Assembly (NCBI GenBank): GCA_051875915.1
Contig: JBJEHI010000024.1
Coordinates: 243-64,242 of the forward strand
Length of the DNA stretch: 64,000 nucleotides
Direction of reading: 5' to 3'
Source of the DNA: Bacteroides sp.
Lineage (GTDB): Bacteria; Bacteroidota; Bacteroidia; Bacteroidales; Bacteroidaceae
The notes under the pieces are model-generated. The model searched no databases and was not told where the DNA came from. It was given only the letters and a program-made list of their open reading frames with translations. A program made the translations under genes and the position numbers. Shown piece after piece: positions 1 through 9,496 of this stretch. Position 1 is the stretch's first letter; every line of letters starts with the position of its first letter.

Positions 1-2292
1 AACCTGTTCAATGCCAACCTTTCTGCTCCTGCGCTGACACCCTTGTCTGCCAAGATATTGAAGATGTGCATTCTGGAAGCTCGGTTACTGAAGTCGCCCA
101 TAGCCGACAGCGAGCACCTGCTGCTGGCCTTGCTGAAAGAGGGAGACAATCTGGCCGCTATGGTGCTGCAGGAAAACGGAGCGACCTACCAACGGGTATA
201 CGAACAAATCTCGATGAAATCGACCAATCCGAACGCCGGCATGGGGTTTGCCTCCGATGAAGAAGAGGAAGAGGAGACCGCTTCTCAGTCGCAACAAAAG
301 GCCGCCTCTACCCAATCCTCGCCGAAGAGCAGCCATGAAACACCGGTGCTGGACAACTTCGGCATCGACCTGACCAAAGTGGCTGCCGAGGGGAAAATGG
401 ATCCTGTGGTGGGACGCGAAAAAGAGATTGAGCGGTTAGCGCAGATACTGAGCCGCCGCAAGAAGAACAACCCTGTATTGATTGGCGAACCCGGCGTGGG
501 CAAGTCGGCCATCGTGGAGGGATTGGCCCTGCGCATTATCGAGAAGAAGGTGTCGCGCATCCTGTTCGGCAAACGCCTTATCATGCTCGATATGGCCTCT
601 GTAGTAGCCGGCACCAAGTATCGCGGACAGTTTGAGGAGCGTATGCAATCCATCATCAACGAGATACGCAAAAACCCCGATGTCATCCTTTTCATCGACG
701 AAATCCATACCATTATAGGGGCTGGAGCGGCAGCCGGCACCATGGATGCGGCCAATATGCTGAAACCGGCCTTGGCCCGCGGCGAGATACAATGTATCGG
801 CGCCACCACGCTGGACGAGTATAGGAAAAGCATCGAAAAAGATGGCGCATTGGAACGCCGTTTCCAGAAAATCATCGTCTCGCCTACCACGCTCGACGAG
901 ACCCTGCAGATTCTGCACAACCTGAAGGAGAAGTACGAAGAGCATCATAACGTAAACTATACCGACGCTGCGCTGGAAGCATGTGTCAAATTGACAGACC
1001 GCTACATCGCCGACCGTAACCTGCCCGACAAGGCTCTGGATGCACTGGATGAAGCAGGCTCGCGCGTACACCTCACCCACATCAGTGCTCCGAAGGAGAT
1101 AGAAGAGCAGGAACGACTGATTGAAGAGGCCCAGCAGCAGAAAGCCGAAGCGGTGAAATCGCAGAACTTTGAGCTGGCAGCCAGCTACCGCGACCGTGAG
1201 AAGAAGCTGACGCAACAGCTGGAAGCGATGAAAGAGAAGTGGGAAGCCTCCATGAAAGAGGCGCGTGAGACGGTGGACGAGGAGCATATCGCACAAGTGG
1301 TCTCCATGATGTCGGGCATCCCCATACAGCGTATCGCGCAAGAGGAAGGTGTGCGGCTGGCAGGCATGAAGGAGGCACTGAAGGCCAGCGTAGTGGCACA
1401 GGATGCCGCCATTGACAAACTGACAAAGGCCATCCTGCGCAGCCGGGTAGGACTGAAAGACCCCAACCGTCCCATCGGTACCTTCCTATTTCTGGGTCCT
1501 ACCGGCGTGGGCAAGACCCATCTGGCCAAGCAGCTGGCCCTCTGCATGTTTGGCTCGACGGACGCATTGATACGCATCGACATGAGCGAATATATGGAGA
1601 AATATACCGTGTCGCGCATGGTGGGAGCAGCTCCCGGCTATGTAGGCTACGAAGAGGGGGGACAGCTGACGGAGAAGGTCCGCCGCAAGCCCTACTCCAT
1701 CGTCTTGCTGGACGAGATTGAGAAAGCCCATCCCGATGTGTTCAACATCCTGCTGCAAGTATTGGATGAAGGACGGCTGACCGACAACTATGGCCGGACT
1801 ATAGACTTCAAGAATACCGTGCTGATTCTGACCTCCAACATCGGTACACGCCAGCTGAAGGAGTTCGGACGCGGCATCGGCTTCAGCGTACCCAGTCAGG
1901 CCAACGACAACGAACGTTCGCGTGCCGTCATCCAGAAAGCGCTGAACAAGACCTTTGCCCCTGAATTCTTGAACCGTCTGGATGAAATCATCACCTTCGA
2001 CCAGCTCTCGTTAGAGGCCATTACACGCATCGTCGACATCGAACTGAAGGGTGTGCTTAAACGTGTGGAAGAGATTGGCTATCGCCTGACGATGGATGAC
2101 AATGCCAAGAAGTTTCTGGCCACCAAGGGATATGACGTCCAGTTTGGCGCCCGTCCCCTGAAACGTGCCATCCAGACCTATTTGGAGGACGAACTCTCCG
2201 AGATGATCATATCGGGCAGCGTGCAGCCGGGTGACACCATTCAGGTATGTATAGAAGAGGGAGCCGATAAACTGTCGCTGCGAAAAGCATAA
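1..2292 (+). CDS. clpC: ATP-dependent Clp protease ATP-binding subunit ClpC (5' end outside window)
   Basis: Frame open from base 1; two AAA+ modules (GEPGVGKS/LFIDEIH and GPTGVGKT/LLDEIEKAH), short UVR-like middle domain, IGF loop (RGIGF), GARPLKR. Confidence 0.92.
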   Translation, partial: NLFNANLSAPALTPLSAKILKMCILEARLLKSPIADSEHLLLALLKEGDNLAAMVLQENGATYQRVYEQISMKSTNPNAGMGFASDEEEEEETASQSQQKAASTQSSPKSSHETPVLDNFGIDLTKVAAEGKMDPVVGREKEIERLAQILSRRKKNNPVLIGEPGVGKSAIVEGLALRIIEKKVSRILFGKRLIMLDMASVVAGTKYRGQFEERMQSIINEIRKNPDVILFIDEIHTIIGAGAAAGTMDAANMLKPALARGEIQCIGATTLDEYRKSIEKDGALERRFQKIIVSPTTLDETLQILHNLKEKYEEHHNVNYTDAALEACVKLTDRYIADRNLPDKALDALDEAGSRVHLTHISAPKEIEEQERLIEEAQQQKAEAVKSQNFELAASYRDREKKLTQQLEAMKEKWEASMKEARETVDEEHIAQVVSMMSGIPIQRIAQEEGVRLAGMKEALKASVVAQDAAIDKLTKAILRSRVGLKDPNRPIGTFLFLGPTGVGKTHLAKQLALCMFGSTDALIRIDMSEYMEKYTVSRMVGAAPGYVGYEEGGQLTEKVRRKPYSIVLLDEIEKAHPDVFNILLQVLDEGRLTDNYGRTIDFKNTVLILTSNIGTRQLKEFGRGIGFSVPSQANDNERSRAVIQKALNKTFAPEFLNRLDEIITFDQLSLEAITRIVDIELKGVLKRVEEIGYRLTMDDNAKKFLATKGYDVQFGARPLKRAIQTYLEDELSEMIISGSVQPGDTIQVCIEEGADKLSLRKA

Positions 2293-2320
2293 GACAATAC
2301 TACACATCAATCAGACAAAA

Positions 2321-2351
2321 TGTCAGTCTCTTTCGGGCTGGCATTTTTTTT
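2321..2351 (+). terminator. Intrinsic terminator-like hairpin after clpC
   Basis: TGTCAGTC-tctttcg-GGCTGGCA stem (with G-U pairs) followed by 8 T. Confidence 0.55.
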
Positions 2352-2402
2352 GTGTATTCTGTCGCAGAACAAAAAATGTAAAACTATATATTCTATTTAA
2401 GT

Positions 2403-4451
2403 ATGCAAAAAGGAAATATTGGGGTAACAACCGAAAACATTTTCCCCGTCATCAAAAAATTCTTGTATAGCGACCACGAGATTTTTCTCCGCGAGCTGGT
2501 TTCCAATGCCGTAGATGCCACCCAAAAGCTGAAGACGCTCTCCTCCATCGGCGAGTACAAGGGCGAGCTGGGTGACCTGACCGTCCATGTATCGTTAGGA
2601 AAAGAGACCATCACTGTGTCCGACCGTGGTATCGGACTGACAGCCGAAGAGATTGACAAATACATCAACCAGATAGCCTTCTCAGGCGCCAACGACTTTC
2701 TGGAGAAGTACAAGAACGATGCCAATGCCATCATCGGCCACTTCGGACTGGGCTTCTACTCGGCATTCATGGTGGCCAAGAAGGTGGAAATCATCACCAA
2801 GTCGTGCAAGGAAGGTAGCCAGGCCGTGAAGTGGACCTGCGACGGCAGCCCTGAGTTCACCATCGAAGAGACCGAAAAGGCCGACCGCGGTACGGACATC
2901 GTCCTCTACATCGACGACGACTGCAAGGAGTTTCTGGAAGAGGCACGCCTCTCCGCTCTGCTGAAGAAGTATTGCAGCTTCCTGCCCGTTGCCATCGCCT
3001 TCGGCAAGAAGAAGGAGTGGAAGGACGGCAAGCAGGTGGAGACGGACGAAGACAATATCATCAACGAGACCAACCCGATGTGGACCCGCAAGCCTAGCGA
3101 ACTGAAGGACGAGGACTACAAGAAGTTCTACCGCGACCTCTATCCCATGGCCGACGAGCCCCTCTTCTGGATTCACCTGAATGTGGACTACCCCTTCCAT
3201 CTGACCGGTATCCTCTACTTCCCCAAGGTGAAGAGCAACATCGAGCTGAACAAGAACAAAATACAGCTCTATTGCAACCAGGTGTATGTGACCGACTCGG
3301 TAGAAGGTATCGTACCCGACTTCCTGACGCTGCTGCATGGCGTGCTCGACTCGCCCGACATTCCGCTGAACGTATCCCGTTCATACCTGCAGAGCGACAG
3401 CAATGTGAAGAAGATTTCCACCTATATCACCAAGAAGGTGTCCGACCGCCTGCAATCCATCTTCAAGAACGACCGCAAGCAGTTTGAGGAGAAGTGGAAC
3501 GACCTGAAGATCTTCATCCACTACGGTATGCTGACACAGGAGGACTTCTACGACCGTGCCAAGAGTTTCGCCCTCTTCACCGATACGGACGGCAAGTGCT
3601 ACACCTACGAAGAGTACCAGACGCTGATTAAAGAGAACCAGACCGACAAGGAGGGCAATCTGATTTACCTCTATGCCAACAACAAGGACGAGCAGTACAG
3701 CTACATCGAAGCAGCCGTCAACAAGGGGTACAACGTATTGCTGATGGACGGCCAGCTGGATGTGGCCATGATCAGCATGTTGGAGCAGAAGCTGGAGAAG
3801 TCGCGTTTCACCCGCGTAGACGGCGACACCGTAGACAACCTGATTCGCAAGGAGGATAAACAGAAGGAGGCACTGGAGAGCAGCCGGCAAGAGGCCCTCT
3901 CGTCCATCTTCCAGAGCCAGCTGCCCAAGATGGAGAAAGCCGAGTTCCACGTCAGCGCACAGGCCATGGGCGAGAACGCATCGCCGCTGATGATCACACA
4001 GAGCGAGTACATGCGCCGTATGAAGGAGATGGCCAACATACAGGCCGGCATGAGCTTCTACGGCGAGATGCCCGATATGTTCAACCTCGTGCTCAACACC
4101 GACCACAAACTGGTGAAAGGCATCCTCGAAGGCGAAGAGCGCGAATGTAGCACTGCCATCGCCCCGCTGCAGAGCGAGATGGACGAGACGGACAAGCGCC
4201 GCCAAGCGCTGCGCAAATCGCACGAAGGCAAGAAGAGCGAAGAGATTCCTACGGCCGAGAAGGACGAACTGGACGAACTCGACAAGAAGTACGATGACCT
4301 GAAAGCAAAGAAGGAGTCTGCCCTGGCCGGCTATGCCGCTCAGAATCCGGTAGTGCGCCAGCTCATTGACCTGGCTCTGCTGCAGAACGGTATGCTGAAA
4401 GGAGAAGCCCTGAGCACCTTCGTCAAGCGGAGCGTCGAACTGATAGGATAA
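2403..4451 (+). CDS. htpG: Molecular chaperone HtpG (Hsp90)
   Basis: IFLRELVSNAVDA, DRGIG, IIGHFGLGFYSAF GHKL motifs; DIPLNVSRSYLQ. Confidence 0.97.
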   Translation: MQKGNIGVTTENIFPVIKKFLYSDHEIFLRELVSNAVDATQKLKTLSSIGEYKGELGDLTVHVSLGKETITVSDRGIGLTAEEIDKYINQIAFSGANDFLEKYKNDANAIIGHFGLGFYSAFMVAKKVEIITKSCKEGSQAVKWTCDGSPEFTIEETEKADRGTDIVLYIDDDCKEFLEEARLSALLKKYCSFLPVAIAFGKKKEWKDGKQVETDEDNIINETNPMWTRKPSELKDEDYKKFYRDLYPMADEPLFWIHLNVDYPFHLTGILYFPKVKSNIELNKNKIQLYCNQVYVTDSVEGIVPDFLTLLHGVLDSPDIPLNVSRSYLQSDSNVKKISTYITKKVSDRLQSIFKNDRKQFEEKWNDLKIFIHYGMLTQEDFYDRAKSFALFTDTDGKCYTYEEYQTLIKENQTDKEGNLIYLYANNKDEQYSYIEAAVNKGYNVLLMDGQLDVAMISMLEQKLEKSRFTRVDGDTVDNLIRKEDKQKEALESSRQEALSSIFQSQLPKMEKAEFHVSAQAMGENASPLMITQSEYMRRMKEMANIQAGMSFYGEMPDMFNLVLNTDHKLVKGILEGEERECSTAIAPLQSEMDETDKRRQALRKSHEGKKSEEIPTAEKDELDELDKKYDDLKAKKESALAGYAAQNPVVRQLIDLALLQNGMLKGEALSTFVKRSVELIG

Positions 4452-4633
4452 GCCGCAGGGGACAAACCTCCCCTCCCTACCCGCGATAGAGAGAATCCCG
4501 CCTCTGTTTTTAGGGCTCATTCTATATGAATGGCCGTAAAAATGCAGGCGGGATTGTTGTTTTTCAAAACAAATACCTATATTTGGAGGCTGAAAACAAG
4601 TATACAGAAGCATCGCTACAAACTCTAACAACA

Positions 4634-6955
4634 ATGAACGACTCTATACGAACTATGACCAGACATCTGTTTATCCTGATGCTATTGCTCAGCCTGCTGC
4701 CCTCACGCAGCCAGGCACAGAAAGTAGGCCTCGTGCTGAGCGGCGGTGGTGCCAAGGGCATGACGCACATCGGCATCATCCGTGCGCTTGAAGAGAACGA
4801 CATCCCCATCGACTACATAGCCGGCACCTCCATGGGCGCCATCATAGGATCTCTGTATGCCATGGGCTACTCGGCCGACGACATGGAAGAGTTGCTCCGT
4901 TCGCCCGACTTCAAACGCTGGTATTCGGGTAAGGTAGAGCCCAAGTACGAATATTACTTCAAGCAATCGCGCCCCGTGCCGGGATTCATCAACCTGCGTT
5001 TCTCCTTCAAGGACTCTATAGACACGAAACCGCAAATCATCCCCACCAGCATGGTCAACCCCATTCAGATGAATCTGGTGTTCGTCGAGCTGTTCGCCAG
5101 TGCCACGGCCTCCTGCGGAGGCGACTTCGACCGCCTCTTCGTCCCCTTCCGCTGCGTGGCATCCGACGTCTACAACAAGCGGGCCCTCATTCTGCGTAAA
5201 GGGGACTTGGGCGATGCCGTGCGTGCGTCGATGAGCTTCCCCTTTGTCTTCAAGCCCATCGAGATAGACAGCCTCCTCACCTACGACGGAGGCATCTACA
5301 ACAACTTTCCCACCGACGTGATGCGCGAAGACTTCCACCCCGACATCATCATCGGCAGTGTCGTCTCCACCAACCCCAGCAAGCCTACCGAAAACGACCT
5401 GATGAGCCAGATAGAAAACATGGTCATGCAGAAGACCGACTACACCATACCCGACTCTTGCGGCATTCTGATGACCTTCAAGTACGATGATGTCAACCTG
5501 CTCGACTTCGACCGCCTGCAGGAGTTGCACGACATAGGCTACAACCGCACCATCAGTCTGATGGACTCTATCAAAGGACGCATCCACCGTCGCGTTCCTG
5601 CCGACGAAGTCCGCCGTCGCCGGCTCACCTACCGCAACCACTTGCCGCCGCTTCGGTTCCGCGACATCCTGATTGAGGGGGCAGACGAGCGGCAGCAGGC
5701 CTACATCCGCAGGGAGTTTCACGACGATGCCCGGCAGACGTTCACCTACGAGGAGCTGAAGCGGGGCTACTTCCGCCTGCTGGCCGACAACATGATATCC
5801 GAAATCATCCCCCATGCCGTCTACCGACCCGAAGACGACCTGTACGAACTGCATCTGAAAGTCAAGATGGAGAAGAACCTGACCGCCCGCGTAGGCGGCA
5901 GTGTATCTACCAGCAACTCCAACCAGATTTACCTGGGACTGGGATACCAGAACCTGAACTACTACTCCAAAGAGGTGATGCTCGATGGGCATCTGGGAAA
6001 GGTCTACAATAACATCCAGCTGTTAGGCAGGCTCGACGTCCCTTCCCACGTGCCCACCTCCTATCGCTTCATTGCCTCCTACAGCACCATCGACTACTAC
6101 AAGCGCGACGGACTCTTCTCGAACAACGACCGCCCTTCCTTCAATTCCAAGGAAGAGAAGTTTGTCAAGCTGATGCTCACCCTGCCCTTTCTGGCCAACA
6201 AGCGGGCGGAGTTCAGCATCGGTTACGGACGGCTGCAGGACAACTACTACCAGTCCAACATCATCGACTTCGAGAAAGACCGTTCGGACTGCAGCGTCTA
6301 CAAACTGCTGGGAGGTGCCATCGGATTCTACGGCAGCACACTCAACAAGCGTCAATATGCCACCAAAGGCTACTACGAGAAGCTGGTAGCCCAAGTCTTC
6401 CGCGGACGCGAGCACTTCACGGCCGGCAGCGGTACCGCTCCGTACGCGGCATCCCAGGAGCGGCAATCGTGGTTGCAGATTTCCTACCACAAGGAGGCAT
6501 ACCACACCATGTCGCCTCACTTCACGCTGGGGTGGATGGCCGAGGCACTGTACTCGTCGAAAAACTTCTCAGAGAACTATACCGCCACCATGATGCAGGC
6601 CGGCGAGTTCTCGCCCACTCCGTTCAGCCAGCTGATGTACAACGAGGCTTTCAGGGCCAACCAGTTCATGGCAGCCGGCATCAAGCCCATCTGTGTGTTC
6701 AACGACATCTTCCAGCTACGCACCGAACTTTATGGCTTCATGCCCATCTACCCCATCAAACGCAACGAGATGAACAAAGCCTATTACGGCAAGGCCTTCT
6801 CTCGCCTGGAGTATATGGGCGAAGTTTCGGTGGTCTGCCACTTGCCCTTCGGAGCGATATCGGGCTACATAAATCACTATAGCTCACCGAAAAAGGAGTG
6901 GAATGTAGGCCTCACGATAGGCTGGCAACTGTTCAACTATCGGTTTGTGGAATGA
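4634..6955 (+). CDS. Patatin-like phospholipase with C-terminal outer-membrane beta-barrel-like region
   Basis: Signal peptide, LSGGGAKG, GTSMG, DGG motifs; C-terminal amphipathic beta-strands. Start 4634 or 4655 is more likely than 4526. Confidence 0.85.
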   Translation: MNDSIRTMTRHLFILMLLLSLLPSRSQAQKVGLVLSGGGAKGMTHIGIIRALEENDIPIDYIAGTSMGAIIGSLYAMGYSADDMEELLRSPDFKRWYSGKVEPKYEYYFKQSRPVPGFINLRFSFKDSIDTKPQIIPTSMVNPIQMNLVFVELFASATASCGGDFDRLFVPFRCVASDVYNKRALILRKGDLGDAVRASMSFPFVFKPIEIDSLLTYDGGIYNNFPTDVMREDFHPDIIIGSVVSTNPSKPTENDLMSQIENMVMQKTDYTIPDSCGILMTFKYDDVNLLDFDRLQELHDIGYNRTISLMDSIKGRIHRRVPADEVRRRRLTYRNHLPPLRFRDILIEGADERQQAYIRREFHDDARQTFTYEELKRGYFRLLADNMISEIIPHAVYRPEDDLYELHLKVKMEKNLTARVGGSVSTSNSNQIYLGLGYQNLNYYSKEVMLDGHLGKVYNNIQLLGRLDVPSHVPTSYRFIASYSTIDYYKRDGLFSNNDRPSFNSKEEKFVKLMLTLPFLANKRAEFSIGYGRLQDNYYQSNIIDFEKDRSDCSVYKLLGGAIGFYGSTLNKRQYATKGYYEKLVAQVFRGREHFTAGSGTAPYAASQERQSWLQISYHKEAYHTMSPHFTLGWMAEALYSSKNFSENYTATMMQAGEFSPTPFSQLMYNEAFRANQFMAAGIKPICVFNDIFQLRTELYGFMPIYPIKRNEMNKAYYGKAFSRLEYMGEVSVVCHLPFGAISGYINHYSSPKKEWNVGLTIGWQLFNYRFVE

Positions 6956-6983
6956 TTTTTTTGAAAAAAAAGTCCTCCAAATG

Positions 6984-7014
6984 TTTGCCAATTCAAAAAA
7001 AGGCCGTATCTTTG
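6984..7014 (+). promoter_or_regulatory. Bacteroidetes sigma-A promoter of the tRNA-Arg pair
   Basis: TTTG (6984-87), 19-nt spacer, TATCTTTG (7007-14) matches the -33/-7 consensus. Confidence 0.75.
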
Positions 7015-7031
7015 CACCCGTTAAACAAAAA

Positions 7032-7105
7032 GGCCGCGTAGCTCAACTGAATAGAGTAGCTGACTACGGATCAGCCGGTTACAGGTTTGAATCCTGTCGC
7101 GGTCA
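7032..7105 (+). tRNA. tRNA-Arg(ACG)
   Basis: Cloverleaf; anticodon arm GCTGA-CTACGGA-TCAGC; T-loop TTTGAAT; CCA not encoded. Confidence 0.96.
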
Positions 7106-7117
7106 CTTTTTTAACAC

Positions 7118-7191
7118 GGTCGCGTAGCTCAACTGAATAGAGTAGCTGACTACGGATCAGCCGGTTACAGGTTTGAATCCTGTCGCGATCA
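7118..7191 (+). tRNA. tRNA-Arg(ACG), tandem second copy
   Basis: Identical to the first copy except for a compensatory acceptor-stem pair. Confidence 0.96.
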
Positions 7192-7193
7192 CG

Positions 7194-7232
7194 AAGAGGA
7201 TGTGTCCAATTGCAGATGCATCCTCTTTTTTT
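7194..7232 (+). terminator. Intrinsic terminator of the tRNA-Arg pair
   Basis: AAGAGGATGTGTC...GATGCATCCTCTT hairpin followed by a T-tract. Confidence 0.8.
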
Positions 7233-7468
7233 GTTTTTGTTCCAGACATTCAAGGATCGAATCGCAGGGTATGCCTGCCGAATATTATTAAAATTTAAAG
7301 TGTTTGTGCGGATTGGACTTTCCTCTGCTGCAAAGATACAAAACCACGCTCCACTTGTCAAGAGGCAGTGAAGGGAGTTGACGACACATTAACGTATGTT
7401 AACCCGATACAGGTATCTGTAGGCACGATTTGGCCATTTTTTAAGCAATCAGTTACGAGCTGTCAGTA

Positions 7469-7494
7469 GTAGGGGCAGACCTATGCGTCTGCCC
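7469..7494 (+). repeat. GTAG-type REP-like palindrome
   Basis: GTAG-GGGCAGAC-ctatgc-GTCTGCCC. Confidence 0.65.
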
Positions 7495-7647
7495 ACCCCG
7501 CACGCGATGTATTCGTACACATCGTTCACGAATGATACCCCGATGCGAACGGTATTCAGGGTGAAGCCGCACGGGAGCGCATTCATTGCAAACGGCATTT
7601 TAAATTTTAAATTGAAAGGATGCTGTTCACGATGAATACGCACGTAT

Positions 7648-7705
7648 CTTGTCACTCGTATCTTGTCACTCGTAGCTCGTAGCTTGTAGCTCATAACTCG
7701 TAGCT
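7648..7705. repeat. Heptamer tandem array (GTAGCTC/GTAGCTT/GTAACTC family)
   Basis: cttgtcactcgtatcttgtcactcgtagctcgtagcttgtagctcataactcgtagct. Confidence 0.8.
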
Positions 7706-7851
7706 AAACAGACGGTAAACAATCCATACATCACAGGGCGGTGAATCCGCTGCAGCCGTCCGCGCCCGCCGCCCTCTTTCTCCACTCCTCCTATCGGCGT
7801 GATTTTTTCATCATGTAGAAATTTTTTCTCTCACGTGAGAAGCGCGAAAAT

Positions 7852-8166
7852 CTGAAAAGCGTCACAGATAACAGATAACAGTTTTTTTTGTGAGATGCAC
7901 ACTGAAGATGATAAAATATTTATATAATATTTTATATATATAATATATATATATTTATATATATATTATATATATAAATCCTTGTTCGCTGGCAAGACAG
8001 GAACTCGAAAAAAATAACTGTTATCTGTTATCTGTAACGCTTATTTTATAAACTACACTATATCAGCATATTATAAACATGTACTTGACACAGTTATTTT
8101 GCCATCTGTCACAAATGAATCTTTTTTGTCCCCTGAAAAGCGTTACAGATAACAGATAACAGTTTT
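7852..8166. repeat. Three copies of AAGCGT(C/T)ACAGATAACAGATAACAGTT (direct, inverted, direct) around a pure-AT tract
   Basis: Copies at 7852-7885 (+), 8016-8042 (-) and 8133-8166 (+); A/T-only run at ~7911-7979. Confidence 0.85.
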
Positions 8167-8479
8167 CAAAATTCGTTTTTTACTCCTGTTTCCCGCATTT
8201 TTGCCTATAAAACTTGCATACTTTCTCTGAAAAAGCCTCTGTTTGCAACCAGACGAAAACGTAAAAAACGAAGTAAAACGAGCCGATTTTATGCTAAAAA
8301 CAGAGCCAAAAGTGGTGCGGATTGATAAAAACAGGCAAGATTTTACTTCGGGGAACAGGGATTTTGTTGCTTTTTCATCGCTCTCACCACCCCGATTTAC
8401 GAAAAAGCGCCTACTTGAGGCAGAGGGAGGCATTGCATTCCGCCCTCCCCAAAACGGGACATTTGTCAGGAAAAAAGAA

Positions 8480-8692
8480 TAGCTACGAGCTACCAGTTAC
8501 AAGCTACAAGTTACGAGCTACAAGCTACAAGTAACGAGCAGTATCTTTAGCGGCAGGGTGCAATAGCTTGCACCCCTACTGGTAACTCGCAACTCGTAAC
8601 TTATAGTTTGCACCCCTTACTGGTAGCTCGTAACTGGTAGCTCGTTACTTGTAGCTTGTAGCTCGTAACTTGTAGCTCGTAACTTATAGCTA
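8480..8692. repeat. Inverted heptamer arrays enclosing a REP-like palindrome (foldback structure)
   Basis: AGCTAC(A/G)/AGTTAC(A/G) units at 8481-8539; GGGTGCAA-tagc-TTGCACCC-CTAC at 8556-8579; reverse-complement units at 8582-8692. Confidence 0.8.
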
Positions 8693-9466
8693 CATCATGC
8701 GGATGACGCGGATGCCCGTCCAAGTGTCATGATCCTTCAGCATCTGCGACAGGGCAACGTTGGAGACCACCACCTTCTTTTCGACGGACGATGCGTGCAG
8801 CAGCGTGAGGCGGCCGTTCACATAGAGGGCAATGCCCATGTGGGCCACATCCAACCCTTCGGTGCTGGTAGTGATTGCGATGATATCTCCGTCCTTAATC
8901 CACGGCAAACCCTTGACGGGCAACTGTTCTTTCGGCAGGTAGCAGACGGATTGGCCGTTCAGCGCCTGCTCCACCTGACGGATGGCGGTGACATTCTGAG
9001 CCGATGCAGCCAACTGACGGTACATCTGAGGATGTGAGGACATGTACGAAAGAGCCAACGGAGCACAATGGTTGCTCTGCTGTGCGGTGACATCAAGCAG
9101 GAATCCGTTGCGTACGCCGTTGTTAATCCAGTCGGCCACGTAGTGCAGGCGCGAGGCGTAGCCGTTAATCTTGCCGTTTCGATAACGTATCTGCTGCAGC
9201 TTGTCCGCGAAGTCACTCTCCAGCACATCGCCGTCAGCCTGTCTGGGCGCGAGCGATTCGGCCAGGACATATTCCACCAGCGTGGTACAGTCCACCTCGT
9301 CACAGTTGATGACCAGCTCTTCTACCTCCCCCTGGTCAAGGGTGTGGGCTACGTAAGGCACTCCGATGTACTTCATGCCGTTCACCAGCATGGGGTTCTT
9401 TTGCTGTGCGGCTGCCCCCGTCGTCAGGGCGGCAGTCAGCAGGGTTGTGAAAATCCACTTCTTCAT
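8690..9466 (-). CDS. DUF1460 / AmiA-like NlpC/P60 N-acetylmuramoyl-L-alanine amidase
   Basis: Signal peptide; GVPYVAHTLD, VDCTTLVE (catalytic Cys), RLHY, DVAHMG and LLHASS motifs typical of DUF1460. Confidence 0.85.
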   Translation of the reverse strand: MKKWIFTTLLTAALTTGAAAQQKNPMLVNGMKYIGVPYVAHTLDQGEVEELVINCDEVDCTTLVEYVLAESLAPRQADGDVLESDFADKLQQIRYRNGKINGYASRLHYVADWINNGVRNGFLLDVTAQQSNHCAPLALSYMSSHPQMYRQLAASAQNVTAIRQVEQALNGQSVCYLPKEQLPVKGLPWIKDGDIIAITTSTEGLDVAHMGIALYVNGRLTLLHASSVEKKVVVSNVALSQMLKDHDTWTGIRVIRMM

Positions 9467-9496
9467 GTTATTTAGTTTTTGATGTTCGTTTTTCGA

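Noticed and set aside
7449..8534. Short ORFs in the tRNA-amidase intergenic region
   Set aside because: They are translations of heptamer or low-complexity repeats (SYKLRATS) or have no coding signature.
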